Part shown: positions 21,465 to 31,648 of the stretch, piece by piece | Layout of the letters: each line of letters opens with the position of its first letter | How positions within the stretch are numbered: position 1 is the first letter of the stretch | Assembly (NCBI GenBank): GCA_963929915.1 | Contig: CAWVJY010000008.1 | Coordinates: 226,705 to 290,704 of the forward strand | Direction of reading: 5' to 3' | Source: Bacillota bacterium | GTDB lineage: Bacteria; Bacillota; Clostridia; TANB77; CAG-508 | Length of the DNA: 64,000 nt | The notes under the pieces: generated by a model | What the model was told of the DNA's origin: nothing | The model's database searches: none | What the model saw: the letters and a program-made list of their open reading frames with translations, nothing else | Program-made: the position numbers and the translations under genes

Positions 21465-22025
21465 ATGAGAGTAATTAGTGGAACAGCAAGAGGAACAAAA
21501 TTAAATTCAATTCAAGAATTGTCTACAAGGCCAACATTAGATAGAGTAAAAGAATCTTTATTTAACATTTTACAACCTAATATCCAAGAAGATTCTGTTA
21601 TTTTAGATTTGTTTTCAGGAAGTGGAGCTATTGCAATTGAATTTTTAAGTAGAGGTGCCGAAAAAGCCTATTTTTGTGAAAAAAATCAGTTGGCAGTAAA
21701 AATGATATACTCCAATTTAGAAAAAACAAAGCTAACAGAAAAAGCAGTTATTATTAAAAAAGACTATAAAAAAGCTTTAGAAATTTTACAGCAGGAAAAG
21801 GTAAAATTGGATTTTGTTTATATCGATCCACCTTATGAAGCGAATATTGCAGTTGATGCTGCAGAAAGAATTTTGTCACTAAATTTACTAAATGAAAAAG
21901 GAAACCTAATCATAGAAACCGATGATGAGAAACGAGAATTACTCGAATTGAAAGAATTAAATGTAGATGTTTATGATATAAGAAAATATGGAAGAGTGAG
22001 TCTTATATTCTTAAGAAAAAAGTAG
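21465..22025 (+). CDS. rsmD: 16S rRNA (guanine966-N2)-methyltransferase RsmD
   Basis: MRVISGTARGTKL...RPTLDRVKESLFNIL...DLFSGSG...YIDPPY. Confidence 0.9.
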   Translation: MRVISGTARGTKLNSIQELSTRPTLDRVKESLFNILQPNIQEDSVILDLFSGSGAIAIEFLSRGAEKAYFCEKNQLAVKMIYSNLEKTKLTEKAVIIKKDYKKALEILQQEKVKLDFVYIDPPYEANIAVDAAERILSLNLLNEKGNLIIETDDEKRELLELKELNVDVYDIRKYGRVSLIFLRKK

Positions 22026-22060
22026 AATTCCTACTTTTTAGGTTGAAAGGGGTTAAAGCA

Positions 22061-22498
22061 ATGGAAATATTCACCTTATTAGAAACATTAGAAGATATGT
22101 TAGAAAAAAGCAGAAATGTACCTTTTTCTGGTAAATGTGTTGTAGATAAAGAAGAAATTTTAGATATTATTAAAGAAATTAGATTAAAACTACCAGAAGA
22201 GCTAAAACAAGCAAAATGGGTAAAAGAAGAAAGACAAAGAATTTTAGTGGAAGCTCAAAATGAGGCAGATGAAATTATTAAAGAAGCAGAAAATAGAATT
22301 ATTTCTATGATTGATGAACACGAAATTACAAGAAAGGCCTATGAAAAGAAAGTAGAAATTATAGAAACAGCAAATGAAATGTCTCGCGAAATTTCAAAAG
22401 GAACCAAAGATTATGCAGATAGTGTTCTAGCTGGAATTGAAGTTGCACTTCAAGATGCATTAAAAGTAATTCAAGATAATAGAAAAGAACTTAAATAG
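22061..22498 (+). CDS. Conserved coiled-coil hypothetical protein
   Basis: MEIFTLLETLEDMLEKSRNVPFSGKCVVDKEEILDIIKEIRLKLPEELKQAKWV. I recall similar sequences being common in Clostridia but cannot verify this here. SD AAAGGGG. Confidence 0.6.
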   Translation: MEIFTLLETLEDMLEKSRNVPFSGKCVVDKEEILDIIKEIRLKLPEELKQAKWVKEERQRILVEAQNEADEIIKEAENRIISMIDEHEITRKAYEKKVEIIETANEMSREISKGTKDYADSVLAGIEVALQDALKVIQDNRKELK

Positions 22499-22511
22499 AG
22501 TGTTTTTTCGG

Positions 22512-22550
22512 AAGTCAGATATCGGAAGTTTCCGATTTCTGACTTTTTTT
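22512..22550 (+). terminator. Rho-independent terminator
   Basis: AAGTCAGATATCGGAA-GT-TTCCGATTTCTGACTT followed by TTTTT. Confidence 0.75.
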
Positions 22551-22581
22551 AAAGAAGTTCTTGGACAAAGGAGGGGCTAGT

Positions 22582-25008
22582 TTGGCAAAAAGACGAGCAA
22601 AAAGAAGTAAAAACAAAGTAGATATTAATGTAGCGGTAGTAGTACTAGTATTACTTGCTATCTTATTAATGATATTAATTTATACAAAATCCGGAAGTAT
22701 TGGCGCTACCTTAAGCCCAATGCTTGGTGGTATTATGGGATTTATTAAATATGTGATTCCTATCGGTTTATTATTAATTGCCATTTATATGACTCATAAT
22801 GATAAAGAATATTTAATTCATAAATTAATTCAATATGGAATTTTTTTGGTCTGCATAGCAGCAATGCTTACGATTTTTCAAGTAGGCAATGGAAATCTTA
22901 CTATAGAAGATAGAGATTTTACGCAAATTATAGAAGACAGTTATTATTTGGGAGAAAAAGATATTGGTGGAGGAATCGTTGGCGCTTGTGTTGCTGTTCC
23001 ATTAATTAGTGCATTAGGAGAAGTAGGAGCTATTATTTTAACAATTGGAGTTTCCATTATTCTTCTTGTATTTATGTTCGGAATTCGCCCAGCAGAAATG
23101 ATAAGCAATTTCTTAGATCATTTAGAAGAAAGAAAAGAAGAACGAAGAGAAGAAAAATTGCAAAGACAAAATGATAAAAAACGAAATAAAGAAGAATTAC
23201 CGGCAAATGCAAAAGAAACAAGATGGCAAAGACGTTTAAGAGAAAAAGAAGAAGCAGAAAAATTAGCTTCACAAATTGAAAATCAATTAACCATTAATTT
23301 AGATGATGAAGAAGATAAAAAATCTGCTAAAAAATATGATCATAGTAAAGACGAACTAGACATACCATTTTTTGGTGGACTAGGAAAGAAAAAAGAAAAG
23401 GAAGAAGAAAAACAGCAACAACAAGAAACATCCCCAGATGTTATTGAAGCAAATTTATTTAAACAAGTAGAAGAACAAAAAGAAGATAAGGTAAAAGAAG
23501 TTTTACAATTAGAGCATACCATTACTGCTGAAGATGAAAATTATGAATTTCCTCCTGTTCAGCTTTTAAGTGAGCCAGAGAAAAAAGGAAATAAAGCAAG
23601 TAAAAAAATGGTAACAGATACAGCAACCAAATTACAAAAAACATTATATAGTTTTGGCGTTTCTGCCAAAGTAGAAAATGTATCTGTAGGCCCTGCTATT
23701 ACTAGATATGAGCTAAAACCAGCAGAGGGGGTTCGTGTTAGCAAAATTGCAAATTTAGCAGATGATATTGCTTTAAATTTAGCAGCAGAAACCATTCGTA
23801 TTGAGGCTCCAATTCCAGGTAAACAAGCAGTAGGAATTGAAATTCCAAACAAAGAAAATGAAGTTGTTCATTTTAGAGAAATGATAGAATCAGATGTTTT
23901 CCAAAATCATAAGTCTAAACTTGCTTTTGGGTTAGGAAAAGATGTAGCAGGGGATCCAGTAGTAACAGATATTGCAAAAATGCCCCATGTATTAATTGCA
24001 GGTGCAACAGGTTCTGGAAAAAGTGTATGTATCAATACTCTTATTGCTAGTATTATTTATAAAGCAAAGCCAAGTGAAGTAAAATTATTAATGATAGACC
24101 CAAAAGTTGTAGAACTTTCTGTATATAATGGTATACCACATTTATTAATTCCAGTAGTAACAGATCCAAAAAAAGCAGCAGGTGCATTGGCATGGGCTGT
24201 GCAAGAAATGGAAAATCGTTATCAATTATTTGCTACAAAAGGGGTAAGAGATATTAAAGGATATAATGAAGTGGCAAAACAAGAAGAATCAGGAAATTTA
24301 CCACAAATCGTTATTATTATTGATGAGCTTGCAGATTTAATGATGGTAGCTTCCAAAGATGTAGAAGATTCTATTTGCCGTTTAGCACAAAAAGCAAGAG
24401 CTGCTGGAATGCATTTAGTAATTGCAACACAAAGACCTTCTGTTGATGTTATTACAGGAATTATTAAAGCCAATATTCCATCTAGAATTTCTTTTGCAGT
24501 TTCTTCACAAGTAGACTCTAGAACCATTTTGGATATGGTAGGAGCAGAAAAATTGCTTGGTAAAGGTGACATGTTATTCTATCCATCAGGCGCACCAAAG
24601 CCTACTAGGGTGCAAGGAGCATTTATTTCTGATAAAGAAGTAGAAAAAATAGTAGACTTTATTAAAGCAAATGGCGAAGTGGTATATAATGAAGATATTA
24701 TAGAACAAATTGAAAATGCCAACAAAACAGATAAAGAACTAGAAACAGAAGGCGGACCAGATGATGATGGAACAGATCCATTATTAATGGAAGCAATTGA
24801 TACTGTGGTAGAAACAAGGCAAGCCTCTACTTCTTTTATTCAAAGAAGATTTAAAGTAGGATATGCTAGAGCTGGAAGAATTATAGACCAAATGGAAGAA
24901 AGAGGAATTATCTCTGGTTACCAAGGTAGTAAACCTCGTGAAGTATTAATGCCAAAAGAAAGATGGCAAGAGCTTAAAATGGCACCTATGGACCAAACAG
25001 AAGAATAG
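22582..25008 (+). CDS. ftsK: DNA translocase FtsK/SpoIIIE
   Basis: N-terminal TM helices, a K/E-rich linker, Walker A GATGSGKS, Walker B IIIDELADL, and a C-terminal gamma winged helix (SFIQRRFKVGYARAGRIIDQME). SD AAAGGAGGGG precedes TTG 22582. Confidence 0.93.
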   Translation: MAKRRAKRSKNKVDINVAVVVLVLLAILLMILIYTKSGSIGATLSPMLGGIMGFIKYVIPIGLLLIAIYMTHNDKEYLIHKLIQYGIFLVCIAAMLTIFQVGNGNLTIEDRDFTQIIEDSYYLGEKDIGGGIVGACVAVPLISALGEVGAIILTIGVSIILLVFMFGIRPAEMISNFLDHLEERKEERREEKLQRQNDKKRNKEELPANAKETRWQRRLREKEEAEKLASQIENQLTINLDDEEDKKSAKKYDHSKDELDIPFFGGLGKKKEKEEEKQQQQETSPDVIEANLFKQVEEQKEDKVKEVLQLEHTITAEDENYEFPPVQLLSEPEKKGNKASKKMVTDTATKLQKTLYSFGVSAKVENVSVGPAITRYELKPAEGVRVSKIANLADDIALNLAAETIRIEAPIPGKQAVGIEIPNKENEVVHFREMIESDVFQNHKSKLAFGLGKDVAGDPVVTDIAKMPHVLIAGATGSGKSVCINTLIASIIYKAKPSEVKLLMIDPKVVELSVYNGIPHLLIPVVTDPKKAAGALAWAVQEMENRYQLFATKGVRDIKGYNEVAKQEESGNLPQIVIIIDELADLMMVASKDVEDSICRLAQKARAAGMHLVIATQRPSVDVITGIIKANIPSRISFAVSSQVDSRTILDMVGAEKLLGKGDMLFYPSGAPKPTRVQGAFISDKEVEKIVDFIKANGEVVYNEDIIEQIENANKTDKELETEGGPDDDGTDPLLMEAIDTVVETRQASTSFIQRRFKVGYARAGRIIDQMEERGIISGYQGSKPREVLMPKERWQELKMAPMDQTEE

Positions 25009-25138
25009 AAAATTAAAAAATAAGAATTAAAATAAAAATAGAAATTAAAATAAAACTAAAAATCAATAATATTATAACTTAAATAATACCATAATAAGAA
25101 TGGCATATAGAACATGAACTAATGAAAAAAGGTGGCAT

Positions 25139-26692
25139 ATGGATAAAAAGGAAAAAATACTTAAAAAGCTTCATATAACAGATTATACAAATCGCTTAGA
25201 GAAGGTTTTGGAAAAAAAGAAATTTTCTTTCGATACCAAAAATCTTCTTTTAAGCATGTTCTATAAAATAGAAAATGGATATCAAGATTATCAAAAAACA
25301 AAAGTACAAGTAGAAAATAAAGAAGATTTTTTTGAAAAAATACTCCAAATCATTGATAAAAAATGTGAAGAAATTATTACCACCAAAGATGTTTTAGTAG
25401 ATGAAAAAAAGCAAAAAGTAGATTTTATGGTAGATAAAGAAAAAGGAAAAATCGTAGCTTTAGGAAATGAATTTGTTTTATTAAACGCTATTTTAGTACT
25501 AGGAGAAAAAGAAATTTGTTTTCCAGAAGAAGAAAAGCTTTTACAAACACCATTTACAGCCTTTTTTAATTTAGGACTAAGAATGCATGAAACAGAAGTA
25601 ATTCGAGATTTTAATGGCTGGTCATGGGATATTGTTACAAAAGATATTACCAATATTCCTGTAAATCTTATCTTCCAAAGTTTTCTATATTTACTAGGGC
25701 AAGATTTTATGGCTCAATGGATAAATAATAAGAGTGAATTAGCAGATTATTTTATGTTAGCTGCTGAGAACATGAAACAAAACTTTGGAGAAGAAAGAAG
25801 TAAAAAAATAGTATCTCTATTTTGTAAATTAGTGATAGAGATTGTGGCAGAACAGGATGAAACACAAGCAACTTTATGGAAAAAGTTAAAAAAGGAAAAT
25901 AAAATAGAATTAGAAAAATTAAGTAATAAGCCAAAATTTCTAGAAGAAATTACCAAAGAAAAAAAGGAAATCACCAAAAAAATTGAAAAAATTGATAAAA
26001 TCATGAATAATAAGATTCTTTTACAACAGGAGTATGAAGAAAGAAATGAAAAATTACCTAATAAAGAGAAGATTTTTAGTATTAGGCATTTAACCAATCG
26101 TTTAGTAGAAGAAAGACAAGAACTAGTTGAGAAAATGAAACAAAGCAACAATTTAATTGATCCAAAAGAATATGTTGCTCGTAAGGAAAAAGTAGAAAAA
26201 AGGGTAGAGTTTTTAGATAGTTTAGATTTAGAAAATAAAACAGATAGAAGAGAAGCGTTATTACAACTATGTATACTATTCTTAGAATGTTTTGAAATCA
26301 AAACCATTAAAGCACAAAAAAAGGAAGAAGTCATTCATTATTTTTACGAATTAAGATATTATCGCTTTTTACCTTTTGAAGAAGAAGTGAAACTAAAAGA
26401 AATAGAAAAATTAAATCATATTTTTGAAAAAGAAATATCATTATTAATAGAAAAAGCACAAAAAATGGCAATTATTGATGAAGTTACGGCAGATAAAGAA
26501 ATTAATCAAAAAATCATTGGAAACTTATTTAATAGTAAATTAATTGATTTAAATCATTTAATTATTGAAACAAAAGTAGAAGAAGGCAAATTATATGCAG
26601 AATATTATGATACTAATATTTTAGAAAATGTTGTAGAAGTACAAAGCAATAGAACGGTGAAACTAAAGAAAAAGACAAAATTGTTTCTTTAG
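25139..26692 (+). CDS. Hypothetical K/E-rich protein (517 aa)
   Basis: Long ORF with an SD AAAGGTGG. No motif recognised. The stop codon abuts REP1. Confidence 0.6.
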   Translation: MDKKEKILKKLHITDYTNRLEKVLEKKKFSFDTKNLLLSMFYKIENGYQDYQKTKVQVENKEDFFEKILQIIDKKCEEIITTKDVLVDEKKQKVDFMVDKEKGKIVALGNEFVLLNAILVLGEKEICFPEEEKLLQTPFTAFFNLGLRMHETEVIRDFNGWSWDIVTKDITNIPVNLIFQSFLYLLGQDFMAQWINNKSELADYFMLAAENMKQNFGEERSKKIVSLFCKLVIEIVAEQDETQATLWKKLKKENKIELEKLSNKPKFLEEITKEKKEITKKIEKIDKIMNNKILLQQEYEERNEKLPNKEKIFSIRHLTNRLVEERQELVEKMKQSNNLIDPKEYVARKEKVEKRVEFLDSLDLENKTDRREALLQLCILFLECFEIKTIKAQKKEEVIHYFYELRYYRFLPFEEEVKLKEIEKLNHIFEKEISLLIEKAQKMAIIDEVTADKEINQKIIGNLFNSKLIDLNHLIIETKVEEGKLYAEYYDTNILENVVEVQSNRTVKLKKKTKLFL

Positions 26693-26736
26693 GGACGGTT
26701 CTCAGTGGCCCCATTTGGGGTCACTTGGGACACTTC
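26692..26736 (+). repeat. REP element copy 1 (orientation A)
   Basis: GGGACGGTTCTCAGTGGCCCCATTTGGGGTCACTTGGGACACTTC, with the central hairpin AGTGGCCCC/GGGGTCACT. Confidence 0.85.
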
Positions 26737-26836
26737 ATTAAAAAGAGAAAGATTAAAAATTATTACTATTAACCAAAGACCAAAATATAAAATATAATAC
26801 AAATTATAATTTTTTAGGAGAGGATTGAAATTAAAT

Positions 26837-28486
26837 ATGAAAATTACCTTTTTAGGAGCTACCAAAACTGTAACAGGTTCCAACTTTTTAGTAGAAGGGG
26901 CAGGAAAAAAGTTTTTAGTGGATTGTGGAATGTATCAAGGCAGTAGTAAAGACGAAATGAAAAATAGTGAGCCATTTCCATTTGATGTAAAAGATATTGA
27001 TTTTATGTTATTAACACATGCCCATATTGATCATTCTGGAAGAATTCCAAAGTTATATGTAGAAGGATATCGTAATCCAGTTATTACTACGAAGGCTACC
27101 AGAGATCTTTGCTCTATTATGTTACCAGACAGTGGACATATTCAAGAACAAGAAATTGGATGGCGAAACAAAAAAAGAATGAGAGAAGGTAAAGAAGCCC
27201 TACCTCCTTTATATACAGCAGAAGATGCCATCCATACTATGGAAATTTTTAAACCAGTCAATTATGATGAAATTGTAGAAATTGACCCAAATATTCAAGT
27301 ACGTTTTAATGATGCAGGACATATGCTAGGTTCTGCCATTATTGAAGTATGGGTAACAGAAAATGGAAAACAAACCAAAGCAGTATTTACGGGAGATTTA
27401 GGTAATAATGATATTCCACTATTATCTTCTCCTACGATGATAGAAACAGCCGATTACTTAGTAATGGAATCTACTTATGGTAGTAGACTTCATATGAGAA
27501 ATGACGATAAAGCCAGCCTATTTTTAGATATTGTTTCCGAAACATTAGATAAAGGTGGAACTGTTGTTATCCCGTCTTTTGCAGTAGGAAGAACCCAAGA
27601 AATTTTATATGAAATTAACAATTTAAAAGATGAACACCAAGATGAAGAATTTAAAAAGAAATATCAAACTTTAATGAGGGTACCTGTTTATGTAGATAGC
27701 CCACTTGCTATTTCTGCTACAGAAATTTTTAAGGAAAATGCTAACTTATTTGATGAAGAAACCCAAGCAATTATTCAAAGAGGAGATAATCCTTTAGAGT
27801 TTCCAGGTTTACAGTTTACTAGAACTGCAGATGAGTCAAAAGCATTAAATGAAAAGAAAGAGTCTGCTATCATTATTTCTGCTAGTGGTATGTGTGAAGT
27901 AGGTAGAATTAAACATCATTTAAAACATCATTTGTGGGATCCGAACAGCACTATTCTATTTGTTGGTTACCAAGCACCTGGAACTTTAGGTAGAAAGCTA
28001 GTAGACGGCGAAAAAATGGTAAGAATTTTTGGAGAAGAAATTGCAGTAAATGCAAGAATAGAATATATAGAAGGCTATTCTGGTCATGCTGACCAAGAAT
28101 GGTTATTAAACTTTATATATTCTTTTATTACAAAGCCAAAACATATCTTTTTAGTACATGGAGAAATAGAAAGTCAAGAAGTATTAAAAGAAAAAATATT
28201 AGAAAATGTGAGCATTCCTGTTACCATTCCAGATTATGGCCAAACTTATACATTAGATGAAAACTTAACAATGGAACAAACGGTAGAGCCGGTTTGTGAA
28301 GAAATAGTAGCAAGAAGAGATATTTTAGAAAAAATGAAGACACTTAAAGAAGAACTAGAAGATATGGAAACGATTATCAAAGAGGAATACTTTACAAAAA
28401 ATCCAAGCGATTCTAGTATGAATCTTTTAAAACTAAGATTAAATGAAATAGAAGATCAAATTGTAAAAATAGTAGAAAAAAGCTAA
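26837..28486 (+). CDS. MBL-fold / beta-CASP RNA-metabolising hydrolase (RNase J/CPSF-like)
   Basis: MKITFLGATKTVTGS, HAHIDHSG (HxHxDH), ESTYG, and GHADQ...VHGE at the C-terminus. Confidence 0.85.
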   Translation: MKITFLGATKTVTGSNFLVEGAGKKFLVDCGMYQGSSKDEMKNSEPFPFDVKDIDFMLLTHAHIDHSGRIPKLYVEGYRNPVITTKATRDLCSIMLPDSGHIQEQEIGWRNKKRMREGKEALPPLYTAEDAIHTMEIFKPVNYDEIVEIDPNIQVRFNDAGHMLGSAIIEVWVTENGKQTKAVFTGDLGNNDIPLLSSPTMIETADYLVMESTYGSRLHMRNDDKASLFLDIVSETLDKGGTVVIPSFAVGRTQEILYEINNLKDEHQDEEFKKKYQTLMRVPVYVDSPLAISATEIFKENANLFDEETQAIIQRGDNPLEFPGLQFTRTADESKALNEKKESAIIISASGMCEVGRIKHHLKHHLWDPNSTILFVGYQAPGTLGRKLVDGEKMVRIFGEEIAVNARIEYIEGYSGHADQEWLLNFIYSFITKPKHIFLVHGEIESQEVLKEKILENVSIPVTIPDYGQTYTLDENLTMEQTVEPVCEEIVARRDILEKMKTLKEELEDMETIIKEEYFTKNPSDSSMNLLKLRLNEIEDQIVKIVEKS

Positions 28487-28605
28487 TAAGATTAGCAAGT
28501 AAAAAATTTTAAATTAATTTAAAAAATGTCGCTGTGATTGTAAAAAAGAATAACTACAAATGGAAAAAGAAAAAACAGGATAAGTTACTAGAAAAGGGGA
28601 AAACA

Positions 28606-30585
28606 ATGAAAAATAAATATTATAATAATGCTATTATTGGGGGAAAAAACATTACAGCAAGTTATAGTAAAACAGGAGAATTGTTAAGGGTTATGTATCC
28701 AAATCCAGATTTTAGAAGTTGGATAGATGAATTTTTAACTGGTGTTAAAATTAATGATTCTGGAATGATTTATTTACATGAAGATTGCAATAATCAATAT
28801 CATCAATATTATACTGAAAATACCAATATTTTAAAAACTGAAATTTTAAATACCTATTTTCAATTACAAATTAAGCAAACCGATTTTGCCTTACTAAAAA
28901 ATAGCATATTGGTAAAAAAGTATGAATTTGAAAACAAAAATAATATTGATTTAAAAGTAAATTTTTTAGTACATAGTAAACTCTTATCAGATACCAATAA
29001 TATGGTAGGAAGTGAAGTAAAATATAATACACTAATTCAATATTGCCACGACTATTGTCTTTACCTTTTTTCACCATCTTCTTTATTAAGTTATCAATTA
29101 AATGATACTAAAGAAAATATTGGAAGTGGAGAAATTTATGATAAAGACTATATAGGTATGTCTTGTGATTCTAGTATTAGTTATGATATTGGAATTCTAA
29201 AACCAGGAGAAAAGAAAGAATTAGTGCTTTATTTGTATTTTAAAAATAATACGACAGCAGATATAGGAACAGAAAAAATAAGTAGTAAACAATTAGAAGA
29301 ACAGTTACTAAAAGAAATAGCCGAAATAAAAAAGATAGATGTACAAAAAGAAGAACAAGATGTAGAAAAATACTGGAAAAAATATGTAAAAGAACATTTA
29401 ACCATTCCTTTAAAACCAGAAACAAATACTTTTCATAAAAAATGGAACCAAATTTATCAAAGAAGCATTTTATTATTTCCTTTATTAATCAACCAAGAAA
29501 CAGGGGGAATTAGTGCAACTGTAGAAGTTGATGAAAATATGACACAATGTGGAAGATATGCCTATTGCTGGCCAAGAGATGCAGTATGGATTACCAAAGC
29601 ATTAGATTTGCTAAAAATGACAAAGGAAACGGAAAAATTTTATAAAATCTTCTGCAAAGAAACCCAAAGTAAAAATGGAATGTGGGAACAAAGATTTTAT
29701 ACAGATGGAAAATTAGCACCTTGTTGGGGATATCAAATTGATGAAACAGCCAGTGTTATTTATGGAGTTTATGAACATTATAAGGTAGTAAAAGATGCTA
29801 AATTTTTAAAAGACACTTATAAAATGTGTGAAAATGCTGCAAAGTTTTTAGGAATTTATTTAGATAATGTGTTAGGCACAAAAGATGAATCAGATGTGGT
29901 AAAAAAAGAAATAGAAGAAACTTACCATACAGAGGGAAGAAATAAATTGCCAGTTAGTTATGATTTATGGGAAATGCATGAAGGAGTACATTTATATTCC
30001 TTATCTGCTATTTATGCAGCCTTTGAAGCAATGAAACAAATTCATATTGTTTTAAAACCAAGTTATGAACAAAATAATCGACTAAAAGTAGAAGCAATGA
30101 ACAAACTAGAAGCCAAAATGATAAAATATCAGGAAGAAATTAAAAAGTATATACTTGCCAACTTATATGACGAAAACACTAAAACTTTTTCTAGAAACTT
30201 AAATGATAATCGTACAGATATTAGTGAACTTGGAATGATAGTACCATTTGCTTTGTTTTCTGCAAAAGAAAAAAAGGTACAAAATACTATTGAAAAAATC
30301 AATATGACATTAAGAACTTATACAGGAGGATACTTAAGATTCGAGCAAGATCATTACCGTGGTGGAACAAGTCCATGGCCAATAGCTACTTTATGGATGG
30401 CAATGTACTATCAGAAGGCTGGAGAAAGAAAAAAAGCAAAAGAATGTATCGAATTTGTTGTAAATTCTGCCAATGAACACGGCTTACTAGGTGAGCAAGT
30501 AGACAACCAAACTATGCAGCCGAATTGGGCAATTGGCTTACGGATGGGCCCATGCTATGTTTGTTTTGGGGACGGTTCTCACTGA
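28606..30585 (+). CDS. Glycoside hydrolase family 15 (glucoamylase/glucodextranase-like)
   Basis: CWPRDAVWITKAL, WEQRFYTDG, YQIDETASVIYG, DLWEMHEG, PWPIATLWMAMYY, GLLGEQV. The 3' end runs into REP2, and the expected W-AHAMFV motif is out of frame (possible indel near 30540). Confidence 0.85.
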   Translation: MKNKYYNNAIIGGKNITASYSKTGELLRVMYPNPDFRSWIDEFLTGVKINDSGMIYLHEDCNNQYHQYYTENTNILKTEILNTYFQLQIKQTDFALLKNSILVKKYEFENKNNIDLKVNFLVHSKLLSDTNNMVGSEVKYNTLIQYCHDYCLYLFSPSSLLSYQLNDTKENIGSGEIYDKDYIGMSCDSSISYDIGILKPGEKKELVLYLYFKNNTTADIGTEKISSKQLEEQLLKEIAEIKKIDVQKEEQDVEKYWKKYVKEHLTIPLKPETNTFHKKWNQIYQRSILLFPLLINQETGGISATVEVDENMTQCGRYAYCWPRDAVWITKALDLLKMTKETEKFYKIFCKETQSKNGMWEQRFYTDGKLAPCWGYQIDETASVIYGVYEHYKVVKDAKFLKDTYKMCENAAKFLGIYLDNVLGTKDESDVVKKEIEETYHTEGRNKLPVSYDLWEMHEGVHLYSLSAIYAAFEAMKQIHIVLKPSYEQNNRLKVEAMNKLEAKMIKYQEEIKKYILANLYDENTKTFSRNLNDNRTDISELGMIVPFALFSAKEKKVQNTIEKINMTLRTYTGGYLRFEQDHYRGGTSPWPIATLWMAMYYQKAGERKKAKECIEFVVNSANEHGLLGEQVDNQTMQPNWAIGLRMGPCYVCFGDGSH

Positions 30586-30613
30586 CCCCTAATGGGGCCA
30601 CTTGGGACACATC
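30569..30613 (+). repeat. REP element copy 2 (orientation A), left flank of the RAYT gene
   Basis: GGGACGGTTCTCACTGACCCCTAATGGGGCCACTTGGGACACATC. Confidence 0.85.
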
Positions 30614-30753
30614 ATATCATCTGAATTAACTCAAATGAAAAAAGAATCATAAATAATTTTAACAAGTACTTGCAAAATTATAAAAAATATGAGAAGATGT
30701 AAAAGAGAGAGAATTATAAAAAAGAGGGGCACTATCGGAGAAAGGAGGCAATT

Positions 30754-31571
30754 ATGCCTAGAAAACCAAGAGATAGGAGTCCCTCTAATTGTTACCATAT
30801 CATTACCAGAGGAATTAATAAGCAAGATATTTTCTTTGATAACAATGATAAGGCCAAACTTCTTAAAGAAATAAGTAGAACAAAAGAAAAATATGAATAT
30901 GAATTATATGCTTATGTTCTAATGCCAAATCATATTCATTTACTAATTAAAGAAAATACTCATTCGATTTCTGAAATTATGAGAAGTCTTTTGATAAGTT
31001 ATGCTGAATATATTAACAAGAAATATGATAGGATTGGATATGTCTTTCAGAATCGATTTACTAGTAGACCAGTTGAAAACGATATTTATTTTAGAAATGT
31101 GGTACGTTATATTCATTTAAACCCACAAAAAGCCGGAATTTCTATATATAGTCAATATAAATGGAGTCAGTTACCAAGATTATTGCAAAGACAATAATAG
31201 TCTGGTTGATGTAGAAAAAGGAAAAAAATAGATTTGAGAATATAAACGGAAACTTTGAAGAATCTTTTGAAAAATTTCATAATGAACAACTAAATGATAG
31301 TATAGAAGAAGAAATTATGGAGTATGAAATAAAAAGTGTGTTGGAAGATGAGGATTTATATAGAATTTTGAAAGAAAAAATAGGAGAACAAGAAATACAT
31401 AATCTTCACCGATATCAAAAAAAATATCGAAATAAAGTACTGATGCAGATATTGAAAATAAAAGGTACAAATTGTGCTCAAATTTCAAGAGTGACAGGAA
31501 TTAGTAAAAAACTAATTAAGAAAGCTAGAGAACAATTTTTAAAGAATAAACCGAAAATTAAAATAGTATAA
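30754..31571 (+). pseudogene. REP-associated Y1/HUH (IS200-like, RAYT-type) transposase with a C-terminal HTH; two frameshifts as written
   Basis: YHIITRG, the HUH motif PNHIHLL, FQNRFTS and the catalytic-Tyr region RYIHLNP. The frame moves +1 near 31170 (continuing YQDYCKDNNSLVDVEKGKK) and again in the A-run 31222-31228. It then joins ORF 31317-31571, which carries an HTH (GTNCAQISRVTGISKKLIKKA). Confidence 0.8.
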
Positions 31572-31595
31572 TTTGAATAGATTGGAGGAAATGGA

Positions 31596-31640
31596 GAAGT
31601 GTCCCAACTGACCCCTTTTGGGGTCACTGAGAACCGTCCC
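31596..31640 (-). repeat. REP element copy 3 (orientation B), right flank of the RAYT gene
   Basis: GAAGTGTCCCAACTGACCCCTTTTGGGGTCACTGAGAACCGTCCC, the reverse complement of the REP1/2 consensus. Confidence 0.85.
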
Positions 31641-31648
31641 CAGAAAAC

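Noticed and set aside
21296-21478. 60-codon ORF overlapping the TATTACAA array and the rsmD start
   Set aside because: It starts with TTG and has no SD. It spans promoter elements, and its product is an AT-driven Lys/Tyr/Asn/Ile-rich sequence.
25009-25138. AATTAAAA-type low-complexity repeats in several intergenic regions (25009-25138, 36448-36530, 17507-17640)
   Set aside because: They are a general compositional feature (A-rich on the coding strand) of this genome's intergenic leaders, without defined repeat units or structure.
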